This document shows, in pieces, positions 13,155 through 24,260 of a DNA stretch of 64,000 bases. A program made the position numbers and the translations under genes. Location: the NCBI RefSeq assembly GCF_037042905.1, contig NC_087261.1, positions 24,986,001 to 25,050,000 of the forward strand, given 5' to 3'. The stretch's first letter is position 1, and each line of letters opens with the position of its first letter. The notes below the pieces were generated by a model. The model was not told where the DNA came from and made no database searches. It saw nothing but the letters and a program-made list of their open reading frames with translations. This stretch comes from Lytechinus pictus (Eukaryota).

Positions 13155-14560
13155 TTTCAGATCGGAATATCAAATATTTTCTGCTCGCGCTTCGCGCTCG
13201 CATGATTGATTTTTATAGTAAAAAAATGTATTTAGAATGCCCAGATACTAGGTCTAACTCTAAACACGCGCACGCATGTTTATTCAGATACGCAGCTTGG
13301 TTTGGGGGGGGGGGGGTACTCCGGGCTGAAAATATTTATATCAAATACATTTTATCAAAATAAATAAATTTTATCAAAATCTGATAACGATTAGTTAAGT
13401 TATTTAATTCTAAAGTTTAGCAATATTTTATGAAAATGGTGATATGCAGTGTCGTCATGAATATTTAATAGGTGGGCTGATGCTGTCACATCCCCACTAT
13501 CCTAGCTGTTCCTTGTGGAATCAAAATTCTTTCATTTTTTTCATACCAGAATGAATGATATGTCTCCCTTATAATGAAATAAGTTGCAGCAAAGAATATC
13601 TAATGGACTAAATCAGTTGTCAACTGTTTTGGTACTTGAAAGGAAAATATTGAATAAACCTAATTGTATATAATAAAATACAAAAGAACAAGTGGGGAAT
13701 AATGCTAATCTTTAAAATGCAATAACTGTGATATTCCTTGTCTGATTTTGATCAAATCTTTATTCTTATGTTCGTCTGAGTTTTTTTTATCTGTTTAAAC
13801 CATTTTACATTCAGTGTGGAGTTTCAGATCAGAATATCGAAAATTTTCTGCTCGCGCTTCGCGCTCACATTATTAATTTAAGAATATATCCAAATACCCG
13901 TCATTTTCTGGATTTACGAAACATGAATAGAATATCCCGTTTTCAGGTCTGAAATCTCAATTTTGTTTCCGCTCGCGCTTTGCGCTCGCATCAATTGTAT
14001 AGTTATATACCTATCCTGTTCATGATTAGACAAGTGCATAAGATGTCTCGTTTTTAGGTTTGAAATCTCATTTTTATTTCCGCTCGCGCTTCGCGCTCGC
14101 ATCAATGGTATAGTTTTATACCTATCCTCATCATGATTAGAAGAGTACTTAGAATCTCTCGTTTTTTTGGTCTGAAATCTCAATTTTGTTTACGCTCGCG
14201 CTTTGCGCTCGCATCAATTGTATATATACCTATCCTGTTCATAATTAAAAAATGTGCTTAGAATGTCCAGTATTTAGGTCGGAATGTCAACTTTTTCAGC
14301 CCGCGCTTCGCGCGCATTATTTGATTGTTGATATATGTATCATCTTTATGGGTAACTGCAAACAGTCCTTAAAACACGTCCCTTTCGATCAGGCCAGAGC
14401 GTATATAAAAAATATCTGCTCGCGCTGATCGCGCTCACAATTATTATTTGTTACATACGCATCTTGGACCACCGTAACATTGCTCAAAATGTTCAATTTT
14501 CAGGACAAAATACATGAAATTTCCACAAAAAATAGCTCGCACTTCGCGCTCGAATTATCT
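13155..14560. repeat. Tandem array of ~105-121-bp units centred on GCTCGCGCTTCGCGCTCGC
   Basis: Motif at 13183, 13850, 13971, 14082, 14194, 14299, 14418 and 14535. Confidence 0.9.
13315..13822. mobile_element. Degenerate TIR element inserted into the array
   Basis: actccgggctgaa ... ttcagtgtggagt imperfect inverted ends; interrupts the array periodicity between 13183 and 13850. Confidence 0.55.
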
Positions 14561-14662
14561 AATTATATATTTATGTTCTTTTATAAGAAGAAAGCTAAGA
14601 AGTGATTGATATGTATATTTATATATATAAATAATTTATTGGTTGGATTGCTTAACTAAGCT

Positions 14663-14702
14663 AGTCGTACAGACTGTTTCACCCTAAGGCTCATCAGCGA
14701 CT
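14663..14702 (-). ncRNA. Minimal type I hammerhead ribozyme (inverted copy)
   Basis: Exact reverse complement of 16189-16228. Confidence 0.88.
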
Positions 14703-15259
14703 GATTAGTATGAAGAACACAATTTTGGGACAGAATAAAGTATACAGAGCATGTGCATTAGGGTATAACATTGGGTTGACAGAGATGAAAGGGGTTACTG
14801 AAGGGGTACATGTGTATTGTTTATTACATCAGGGGTACTTAGGGGTCATTACTACATGTGAGGGGGGGGGGGGCTGGTGGGGCTATCCATATCCAGCAAG
14901 GAGGAACTTTTTCTTATGTCTACAGGTAGATATGAGTTCAGTTCGAGAGTTCAAATTGTTGTTTCTGTTTGCTGTGATGATGGAGTATTTCTCCCATAGG
15001 CAGAGGTTGCAGCGTTTTGTGAGTGGAGAGTAGGGTTGTGCATGGCGTACGATTCTCCAGGTTATCTTGTGGGGTGTGCCCTCATCTTTCAGTTTCCAGA
15101 TATGCTTACTGAGCTCGGTGCTGTGCCTCTTCTCTTTATCTTTGAATGACGCTTTGTGAGATGCATGTCTGGTTTTGAATGTGGTGGCGGTCAGTCCGAT
15201 GTAGGATTTTTCGTCGTGGGGGTGGTAACTTTGGCTTCGTAGATCACGTTTTTTGAGAT

Positions 15260-16009
15260 CACGAAAAAGCCCTGAACGAAGCAGGCCACAATGCTACCCT
15301 CACCTACAACCCCAAGAACAACACGGATACAAGGCCAAGCCAACAGAAAAGGAAAAGGACGATAACCTGGTTCAACCCGCCATATAGCCAAAATGTCAAC
15401 ACAAACATCGGGAAAAGATTTCTGGCCCTGGTGGACCAACACTTCCCCAAGGAACATGAACTCCATAAAATCTGCAACAGAAACACCCTAAAGATAAGCT
15501 ACAGCTGCATGGATAACATGGGCAAATCCATAAAGGCACACAACAACAAAGTATCGACAACAGAAAAAAGCCGAGAAACCGAAAAGTGCAACTGCCGGAA
15601 AACAGAAGACTGCCCTCTACCAGGAGAATGCACAACAAAAAACGTGATCTACGAAGCCAAAGTTACCACCCCCCACGACGAAAAATCCTACATCGGACTG
15701 ACCGCCACCACATTCAAAACCAGACATGCATCTCACAAAGCGTCATTCAAAGATAAAGAGAAGAGGCACAGCACCGAGCTCAGTAAGCATATCTGGAAAC
15801 TGAAAGATGAGGGCACACCCCACAAGATAACCTGGAGAATCGTACGCCATGCACAACCCTACTCTCCACTCACAAAACGCTGCAACCTCTGCCTATGGGA
15901 GAAATACTTCATCATCACAGCAAACAGAAACAACAATTTGAACTCTCGAACTGAACTCATATCTACCTGTAGACATAAGAAAAAGTTCCTCCTTGCTGGA
16001 TATGGATAG
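15260..16009 (+). CDS. Penelope-like element C-terminal fragment: linker and GIY-YIG endonuclease
   Basis: Open frame extends upstream of ORF 15431: WFNPPYSQNVNTNIGKRFL..HFP..CNCRKTEDCPLPGEC..NVIY..SYIGLT..FKTRHASH..CNLCLWEK..LNSR. Confidence 0.9.
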   Translation, partial: HEKALNEAGHNATLTYNPKNNTDTRPSQQKRKRTITWFNPPYSQNVNTNIGKRFLALVDQHFPKEHELHKICNRNTLKISYSCMDNMGKSIKAHNNKVSTTEKSRETEKCNCRKTEDCPLPGECTTKNVIYEAKVTTPHDEKSYIGLTATTFKTRHASHKASFKDKEKRHSTELSKHIWKLKDEGTPHKITWRIVRHAQPYSPLTKRCNLCLWEKYFIITANRNNNLNSRTELISTCRHKKKFLLAGYG

Positions 16010-16188
16010 CCCCACCAGCCCCCCCCCCCTCACATGTAGTAATGACCCCTAAGTACCCCTGATGTAATAAACAATACACATGTACCCCTTCAGTAACCCC
16101 TTTCATCTCTGTCAACCCAATGTTATACCCTAATGCACATGCTCTGTATACTTTATTCTGTCCCAAAATTGTGTTCTTCATACTAATC

Positions 16189-16228
16189 AGTCGCTGATGA
16201 GCCTTAGGGTGAAACAGTCTGTACGACT
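16189..16228 (+). ncRNA. Minimal type I hammerhead ribozyme
   Basis: agtcg-CTGATGA-gcc(ttag)ggt-GAAA-cagtctg-TA-cgact: intact core, stems I and II, palindromic stem III, predicted cleavage after GUA at 16223. Confidence 0.88.
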
Positions 16229-16313
16229 AGCTTAGTTAAGCAATCCAACCAATAAATTATTTATACTCAGCTCCTACACAGTCGAGCACTATTAGATATT
16301 GCAGTATATCACT

Positions 16314-16474
16314 NNNNNNNNNNNNNNNNNNNNNNNNNNNNNNNNNNNNNNNNNNNNNNNNNNNNNNNNNNNNNNNNNNNNNNNNNNNNNNNNNNNNNNN
16401 NNNNNNNNNNNNNNNNNNNNNNNNNNNNNNNNNNNNNNNNNNNNNNNNNNNNNNNNNNNNNNNNNNNNNNNNNN
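16314..16474. other. Assembly gap
   Basis: Run of N. Confidence 1.
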
Positions 16475-19389
16475 TGTCTGCCCCCCCCCCCACCTTGAGA
16501 AGAGATTTCAGCACCCCCACTGAAAAAATCGTTCCCAGGTCCCTGTTGTGGGACTACGTCGGTGACGAGATAACGACCCTAGCTGCCGCCGGTTCTCCTT
16601 CTTTCACATTTCACCCCATATTTCAACTTTCACCTCAACATTTCAATTGTTTAATCTTCATTTTCTCGTAATTTTAAAGAAAAAAACACGCTTTTTTACA
16701 CAATTTAGTCTTCCAAATACTGAAAGTTTGCTCACTCGCTTCCCTCGCTCTCATATTGATATGCATGTTCATTCCAACTGTAGTTCAGCAATTTATGTCA
16801 CAATTCAAACTAGCAACGAAAAGAAAATCCTGATATAGCGCTTCACTGCCACCAGCGAATGTGATAGGTGATGACAATGTGTACATACTAATGTACCCCG
16901 TAGAACTTGATGCGAGGTTTGCGCAAAAATTGATTTTTCAGCTCAGGATATTGCTATCATCCCCCGACTGCTCGGACCAGATTTCACCATTGATGTTATG
17001 TTACAATAATGTACATGTGTTTCAAAAGAAATAGTAACATGACTTTATTTCGTGGCCATCTTGAAGCCATCTTGAATAAATTACTTATGGCCATTTTTTT
17101 TTTTTTTGGGGGGGGGGCATCCTGTTTGTGTCTTGTGGACATCTATGATAGTTGATTTGGATTAGTTTTGGGGTGGAAACAAAGGAATAGTGGGTTTCCT
17201 GGTGGTAGCTCTCCTTAAAATGCCCGTTGTTATGGTAATTTTGTTACCTATCAACCGGTACTTAGGAAAGTGTTCAAAATTTTGGAAACACCACTAAAAA
17301 TTATCAGTATGAGGTGAAGAATGATTACGCCAAGTTTTATTCTTATAGCATTTTCTGAGCATTAGTGGGTATTTTTTTGCATCTTCGCCTAAACTATCAT
17401 AGACAATATGTAGTGGAAGGCCACTTTTGCCCTCGTTAAGATGGCGGACGCCTGTCAATTCCTCACAACATTTTGACGAAGTACACCCTCTAGTGTCAGT
17501 ATAATACATCTCTGTGGTGTTGGTGCGTTTTTGGGGCTCACATGAGTATATTACAGACCCCCATTCACTCACGTGTTAAAATCATAGCTAATCAAAAAAT
17601 CATCAAAACTCAATCCCACGATAGATTCTGCTTTAATTCACTGACATTAGTCTCAATTAACAGTACATTTAAACTAGGCATGTTAATCGGGTACTTGTCC
17701 AGCTCAATCAAAAGTTAAATGGCCTGAAATAAGACTAACCATAATTTTGGTCATTTCATTGCCAGAAAAAACCGGAACTGCATTGTGGATAATAGAAATT
17801 AAAATGACATACAAAAATGCAGTCTAGCCTCCCCAAAGGCTATACTTATGAGAGTATCAACATGATTTCTATCATTTATATTTTGATATAAAAACATTTT
17901 GTCTATTTTTAATGAATTATTATAATCAATAAAATCATGTGATCGTTACTTACGCCTGTCGGCATGCTTTGCGCGCGGATGAATTACTCTCATACGCCTA
18001 TTTGAAGGGTAGGATGTGTGTGAGGGTGTATGTATGTGTGCGCGCTGTTGATGTATGAATGAGTCCGTGTATGTTTGATGAGCGAGTGTTGTAAATCTTG
18101 AGAGAGAGTTCGAACGTCGGCGGGGGATCTATGATTAGCATACATGTCAGGATTTTAGGGGCGGGGACTGAGAAACTGAAACTGAAACTTTATTCTGTCG
18201 CCCCTTTAGGTGTATGAGAATATACACAGTTATACATACATCATACATTCATACATAGTATGCATGCGTACATAAATACATACATAACAAAACGTTAATA
18301 AATATAAAAAGCTATAACAAGATGGCAAAAAAGGTGAAGAAAGCCTTGAACACATGAATAACAAAAATAGATAGAAAAAGGATATAATAACAGATTTACT
18401 ATACAGGAATATACATTTGGTTCTCAGGCTTATCTACGGAACTGTGTCATAATAATATTAACAAGAGAGAGAAAGAGAGTGCATGAAAGAGAGAGGACGA
18501 GGGAGAAGGAGGGGGGTGGGGGAGCGAGATAAAGGAATTCATGGAAGCCTTCTGCCTTCAGGATCATGTTCACTGTCATGTTGCAAACGTACATGACGTT
18601 GATTTTTTTTTTATAAGTCTGAATGTTGATCAGATCGCACTGCACTGACTCCATGCATTTTATGTAATGGAATGTAATACATGTAGAAAATCGTTTTCTT
18701 CGTTCTATTTTTTCTCTGTCTCTCTCTTACATGAATATCATGTGGAATTTTTCATCATTATATTCATCACTTTTTTGCCATGAAGGAACATGCATCTCAT
18801 TGGTATAATAGTGATTAATAACGAGGTAGGCCTACAATTTCTTATTAGTTCTCAAGAAAACGTTCGACTTCGAAAATGTGATCATGATAATGGGGGTTCT
18901 AATTTTGTAAGTGCTAAAAACAGAATGTGCATTTGACAGTATGCAAAATTAGTGGTGTAAACCCGGTCCGAGCTGTGGGGGAGACATATGGTGGTGATAG
19001 GTAATTATTATATCACGATGCTTCTTCGATGGCCGTTTTAATTGTGTCATTAAACTGTTGAATTACAGTGCGGCTGACCATACACATTGGAATGCAAGCG
19101 AGATTCCCAGGAATTGGAAGTCTGAATGGTATCCAAAATTATATTGTTTAACTTGTAGGAACATGCAACTCCGGAATAAATACTTGGGTGCTTCAGAAGC
19201 CATCAAAATCCCTGTTTCCCCGGGCCATGGTAACAAATTTGTATATATACATCTTCCTCATATCTTATGAATTGCCCTTTAATGGTTGTATTTATTTAGC
19301 ATACACTTTATATACATGTTTTGAAAGTGATGAGATCATAATGGTGCCCTTCTGACTCAGGAAAAAGAAGAAAATGCACGACAGCCACT

Positions 19390-19624
19390 TTACTAACTTC
19401 CGCAAACATATTGACATAGCAATGATTTGTCTACATCTACGACTTATTTCCTTATACTTCCACATAAGAAACAGTCACTTTGCTTTGCTTTTGAGCATGC
19501 GCAGTTTTTCGAAAAATGACATTCCTTCTCAGACAATATAACTATTGCATGTTTGAAACGCATTATCATCATTATCACTCACTACGTTTCAGTACCCAGA
19601 TCGCTTAGGCTCTATTTCTGGAAT
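19390..19624 (+). promoter_or_regulatory. Putative proximal promoter / 5' UTR of SRCR gene B
   Basis: Immediately upstream of ATG 19625; ETS-like ACTTCCG (~19397) and NRF1-like GAGCATGCGCA (~19493). Motif matches only. Confidence 0.35.
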
Positions 19625-19709
19625 ATGGGGAGATTACATACAATGTTATGCATTTGTCTCCTGCTCTTCGTGTCAAGAGTGGCGGCCAACACCTTTCCAT
19701 CGCAGTATA
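19625..19709 (+). CDS. SRCR gene B exon 1: signal peptide MGRLHTMLCICLLLFVSRVAA-NTFPSQY
   Basis: AATATGG start context, hydrophobic core with a VAA cleavage motif, donor A|gtaagt (phase 1), in frame with the exon at 25082. Confidence 0.85.
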
Positions 19710-21050
19710 GTAAGTACATAAGATACGAGATTCCTCTTCATCTTTTAGGATAAAGAACGACAATGTTTTAAAATTCAAAGATGTTCTAAAATAGCTGGAA
19801 CGGAAATATCGGACAAACTTTAATAATGAAGTTCATTTCTTTGATGAGCTAGTGTAATGTTATATAAATCGTCATATCCGCATCATACTTTCATTGACAT
19901 TAATAGCATGGGGGTTTTGTATGTTTAAACTATTGATGCACAAACCAGTTTGTTCTTTATTAATCAATCTCACAACTTTCCCCATTTTACTCTCTTCTTA
20001 TCCATTTGTTTTCACTTCCCTCTTTTTTTATTTTCTTTTATTTTACCTCTTCTCCTTTCCTGATCTTTCTTTACTTATAATATTTCTCCGCCTTCCTTCC
20101 CATTTTCCTCTCCTTGTTCTTTAGTTCACTATATTTATTCATATTCCTCTTAGGTCATGTACCGACTTATCTTATCAGCACAGTCAACTTAATATATACA
20201 AATGTATTAATTTCAATAAGATTGGGTTATATCTGTAGTGAGATTAACCCAACAATCGTGGTTATAAGCATATGCATACATACTGAAGGTATGCTATATG
20301 TTTTTAAATATGCATTTGATTATATAGATTATAAAAAAAACAAATTTTTTTATTACCTGGTAAAAATTATGATTATTATACTTTCGATTTTATTCATGTA
20401 TTTAGATCGGGTGCCTTTTATTTTGCATATTTATTTATGGCACGGCCTCAATGCAAATCAGACATTGCATTTGTTTTTTGTTTTTTACCGTGTGAAAATA
20501 AGATTTATCTATCAATCTTATGCATGAATTTTTTTTTATTTATGAAATCAAGGTCGGAGGTGGCGTGTGGCACATTCACACTTTTCAAACACCCAAAGCA
20601 AGCCCCAGCTTCATCCATTAAAAATGTCGTCTTTTAATATTTATGTAAGCTACCCGCGGTTTAATCTGATACATGCAATATTTTAAAGGTAATTTATATG
20701 TAGAAGCACTCTTTTCCAATATGATTAATGGCCCTTTAAATCTTATTCATACTTGAGGGAGTCGGTGTAGTATTGTGTTAATAACCCACAGTTTTGTGAA
20801 AATGAGTTACATGTATTTACACCATCCTGAATCACTGCTCCATAGAAAAATTTCATCTTGATATTCAATCAATGAGTCGGTCTATTGATGCAGGCATGTT
20901 TTCCCCCGCCCCCAAAAATACATCTTTAAGCAGGAATATAATGCTAAACCACACTTTTCAAGACAGCTGTTTGTTCAGACATATGTTTTTGCCTTCATGA
21001 ATCTTAACCTTAGCATTTATCATGTATTAAAAAAAGGTTTGTTAGACCAA

Positions 21051-21208
21051 GGGCCGGTTTCATAAAGGACTTGCAACTGTTGTAACTTTTGCCATAATGG
21101 CAACTAGTGTGGTAACATGGCTCAGCAGCCAATCATAATCAATGTTCCCATGGTAGTTGCCATAATGGCAAAGTTACAACATTTGTAATTCTCAAATGTA
21201 ACGGGCCC
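21051..21208. mobile_element. Degenerate Harbinger-like MITE
   Basis: gggccggtttcat ... atgtaacgggccc ends; internal inverted ttgtaactttgccataatggcaac motifs. Confidence 0.55.
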
Positions 21209-21339
21209 CAAATAATGACTTTGTTGACCTTTTTATGACGAGTAGCTGAATGTTTGGATATATGTTTTCATTATCTTCATGAATCTTTATCTTAGCATTT
21301 ATCATGTGTGAAAATTTTTCTATGCTGATGATGAAACAT

Positions 21340-21607
21340 GATGAAATGATGATGAAAATCCATATTTTATTGTTCGAAATAAACATGAAATGAAATACTC
21401 CGAAAATTGGCTTTGCCCAATTGATCGTGTGCCCGGCAGCCGCTGTGCAGCGCCAAATCGACGAGGCTCTATCTCTTTAATCGTTGAACGCCAAACAGGG
21501 TAGCAGAACTCCCATCTTTTTTTAAGTATTTTGGTCTGACGCTGCCGGGGTTTGAACCCCCGACCTCCTGGTTGAGAGACGGACGCTCTACCAACTGAGC
21601 CAACACA
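21340..21607 (-). mobile_element. tRNA-derived SINE
   Basis: Minus strand TGGCTCAGTTGGTAGAGCG (A box) ... GGTTCAAACCCC (B box), unrelated body, then AATAAA and a (TCA)n-like tail. Confidence 0.8.
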
Positions 21608-21708
21608 ACAACATGTTGGACATGACTTTGCTTTTTAAAAGTTACATAATCATGCTTGCTTTTAAGATATTTCTTCAAAAAGGAAGTTACCTAAATATTT
21701 ATAGGAAG

Positions 21709-22022
21709 TTAAAGGGGGAGTGAACTGTGGGTGGTCTCTCATTGAATGCATGTTATCAATAAATATTCTTAAGATATGCATTTTCAGATAACTACTAATA
21801 CTACAGAGAATAAATTGACCTATAATTGTATTTGTATAGAGACACTAAAATGTTTTGAGTAACATAATAATTGCGGTATAAATGTATTGAGTAGTTAATT
21901 CACATGTTATCATTCAGGTGAGTCTATATTACTAGACTACACTAGCATTATGGGTCAGGAAACTGATCAGGTATGTGTAGTTGAGGACTCGGAATGGCAC
22001 TATTGGTTCGTATCTGCTTTAA
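21709..22022. repeat. Interspersed repeat ending in ATCTGCT-TTAA; second copy at ~28967-29273
   Basis: Collinear similarity between 21780-22022 and 29027-29273. Confidence 0.7.
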
Positions 22023-22719
22023 ATGATGATACATATTAAAATGTTCTGTGTAATTTCGTCATCAAAATGACTTATTGCCACAAGTGTATTGTTACGAAAT
22101 TATTTTTCATGATTAATTAGGAGTTAAATGACTGATGAAGCTTGATACTATTAAAAGCATATATTTTTTTCATATGATATTTGTCATCGTAATGGCTTAT
22201 AGTGACAAGTGTATTGTTTCTAAATGTTTCTTTAATTATCCATGTGTGGTTTGAAAACGTGTGTATGGGTGAAATATAGGTCAGCTAGCATTGATTGGGT
22301 ATAATTCAGCACATCGTATTGCAGATTTATAAGGGTTCAGACTTCCTTTTGGAATCGGTCTTTGACTTGTATGGATTTTTTTTTAATTCAAAGTTAGTCA
22401 TTGCCTCGTCTTACACTGTTGCATTTAAAAACAAATCAGGAGGGATGGTATTCTTTGAGATCTGTACAGCATCCACATTATGGGGGAACGTCATGATAAA
22501 AAATGATTGGAATAGTGGTGGTTTTGAATTGTTGATACCGTAAACCGGGAAACAAATCTAAATTTATAATATGAAATGCCGACCACAAAATCATTACCTT
22601 TGGTTTGATACCCTTTTACGTGATTTTCCAGATTTAGAAACTATCAAAGCTAAACTCGTATCACATGCATGATGCTGATGAATGGGTCATTAACTTGCTT
22701 TCATGTAGTCCTCAGGCCA

Positions 22720-24260
22720 GCTCGGTGTAAAAATGGCAGAGGAAAAAATGGCAGAGGTAATAATGGCAGAGGTAAACATGGCAGAGGTATGAATTGCAGA
22801 GGTAATAATGGCAGAGGTAAAATGGTAGGGTTTATAATGGGAGAGGTAAAAATGACAGCTCTCGGTAAAATATGGCCAGTCTTAAACCCCCATGCAATGA
22901 ATTGTCAAAAAGCCCCCGCATGTACATAGATTAAATTAGAAGTGCATGTCACGGTTAGGCATTTCATCATATCATTATGTCTTCATCGGCCTAACAATGC
23001 TATTTCCGAATTCGTTGGAGGTGTACCGTGAAGGCTTTTTATAAAGAAATCAAACGACAGATATTTTTTCATTCAATTTATCAGGAGCAAAATGAAACTG
23101 CACTATTCTCATTCATCATTTTATAACATTCCTTTTTGTCTGGCTGGTTTTTTATATCTAAAGTTTTGCTAGGTTTACCAATGCAAAAAGGAGGAAGAGT
23201 AGACATAAGAGGTGGAAAGACATAGATGGTTAGGGGGAGGGGAAAACATGATAACATAGCGGGAAAAGCTTAGACGTTGAAATTGTCATGAATGATTGTG
23301 GTTAAATATTATGTCCTTATTTTTAATGTCGTCTGTAATATTCTTTTTAAATATTTGAATGACAATAAGCATGCGTTCCCAGGCTTGGCACTGAATATGT
23401 AACTGATTGTGAAAATCAATAATAATCTTGTTTTGACTGGTAAACCAATTTGGGATCGATCGAGGGGGACCGTCTGGTTCAGATTCTTTGCATAAACGAA
23501 GACCCTGAACCTTTACCACTGCATCCAATATGATTTAAACGCCTTGATGGTCATAACCCTTCGAAGCGGAGGTGCTGTTGGGTATTTTTTACACCATAAG
23601 CAGCACCCTCTTGGTAATTAGCTTGGTATGCTAAAATGTAGAGATTTGATACAAATCTCTGTTATTTTTCAAACATAAGAAAAAACATTGTTTATTATAT
23701 AATTATTATTTTTGTTGTAATTCTTTTTTCTGACCTAAAAGAACTTCATTTAGTCGAAATAATTTTTATGTCATTTTCCCCCTCAACCAAATCCCCTTTC
23801 ATTTTGGAGTGAAAACTTTTTTTGCTCGGCTTTTTAACAAACCAGCACCCCATATCTCTTTCATTTTTGCCTCTGCCATCTTTACCTTTGCCATTTTCAA
23901 CTCCACCATTTTTTTACACTGTTAGAAAATTTATACTTAAAAATACAAAATTATTTGTTTTTTTCTGTAAAACCTGTTTTTTAATTTTTCTTCTGTAGAA
24001 TCTACTGTTTTTTTCTAATAGTGTACCTCAGCTACTTTTACCCCTGCCAGTATCACATCTTCCATTTTTACCTCTTGTCATTTATGCCTCTGCTCTTTTT
24101 ACCTCTGCCGTTTTTACCTCGGCCATTTTTACCTCTGCCATTATTACCTCTGCCATTATTACCTCTGCCATTTTTTACTTCTGCTATTTTTACCTCTGCC
24201 ATTTTTACCTCTGCCATTATTATCTCTGCCATTATTACCTCTGCCATTTTTACCTGGCAC
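22720..24260. mobile_element. Foldback transposon with 15-bp tandem subrepeats and a 9-10-bp TSD
   Basis: Left arm (GGTAAAAATGGCAGA)n at 22728-22878, right arm the inverse (TCTGCCATTTTTACC)n to 24258; flanking direct repeat cctcaggcca at 22710-22719 and 24261-24270. Confidence 0.85.

Larger units (their letters stand above)
14626..16313 (+). mobile_element. Penelope-like retroelement, 5'-truncated, with an inverted copy of its 3' part
   Basis: 14626-15255 is the near-exact reverse complement of 15635-16265. The forward part encodes an RT thumb/linker plus GIY-YIG endonuclease, and a hammerhead motif lies in the 3' repeat. Confidence 0.93.
12491..16545. mobile_element. Non-autonomous hAT-like DNA transposon (14-bp TIR, 8-bp TSD) containing nested insertions
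   Basis: cagggacctgggaa (12491-12504) and ttcccaggtccctg (16532-16545); flanks ctgtggga / ttgtggga; subterminal GGGGGTGCTG / CAGCACCCCC motifs. Spans an assembly gap. Confidence 0.8.
10929..19613 (+). repeat. Segmental tandem duplication, copy 2 (leads into gene B exon 1)
   Basis: Starts with the same aaacatcttaattttt sequence as 6066 and ends with cagatcgcttaggctct as at 10926; carries an extra ~5.4 kb (11327-16724). Confidence 0.9.

Noticed and set aside
13183-14560. CRISPR-like repeat-spacer appearance
   Set aside because: Eukaryotic context, spacers are ~95 bp and homologous to one another, no cas genes, and the array lies inside a TIR element.
14710-15033. ORFs 14710-15033 (+) and 15963-16181 (-) as a duplicated small gene
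   Set aside because: Antisense readings of the Penelope 3' repeat.
16257-16523. ORFs spanning N runs (also 47764-48111)
   Set aside because: Artefacts of the assembly gaps.
19894-20637. Hydrophobic ORFs resembling membrane proteins (also 41052, 41589, 55546, 63058)
   Set aside because: They arise from T-rich or microsatellite sequence and have no splice or homology support.
21535-21607. tRNA genes (also 1885-1956 and 50355-50430)
   Set aside because: A and B boxes are present, but the acceptor/anticodon stems do not close and each runs into a SINE-like body.
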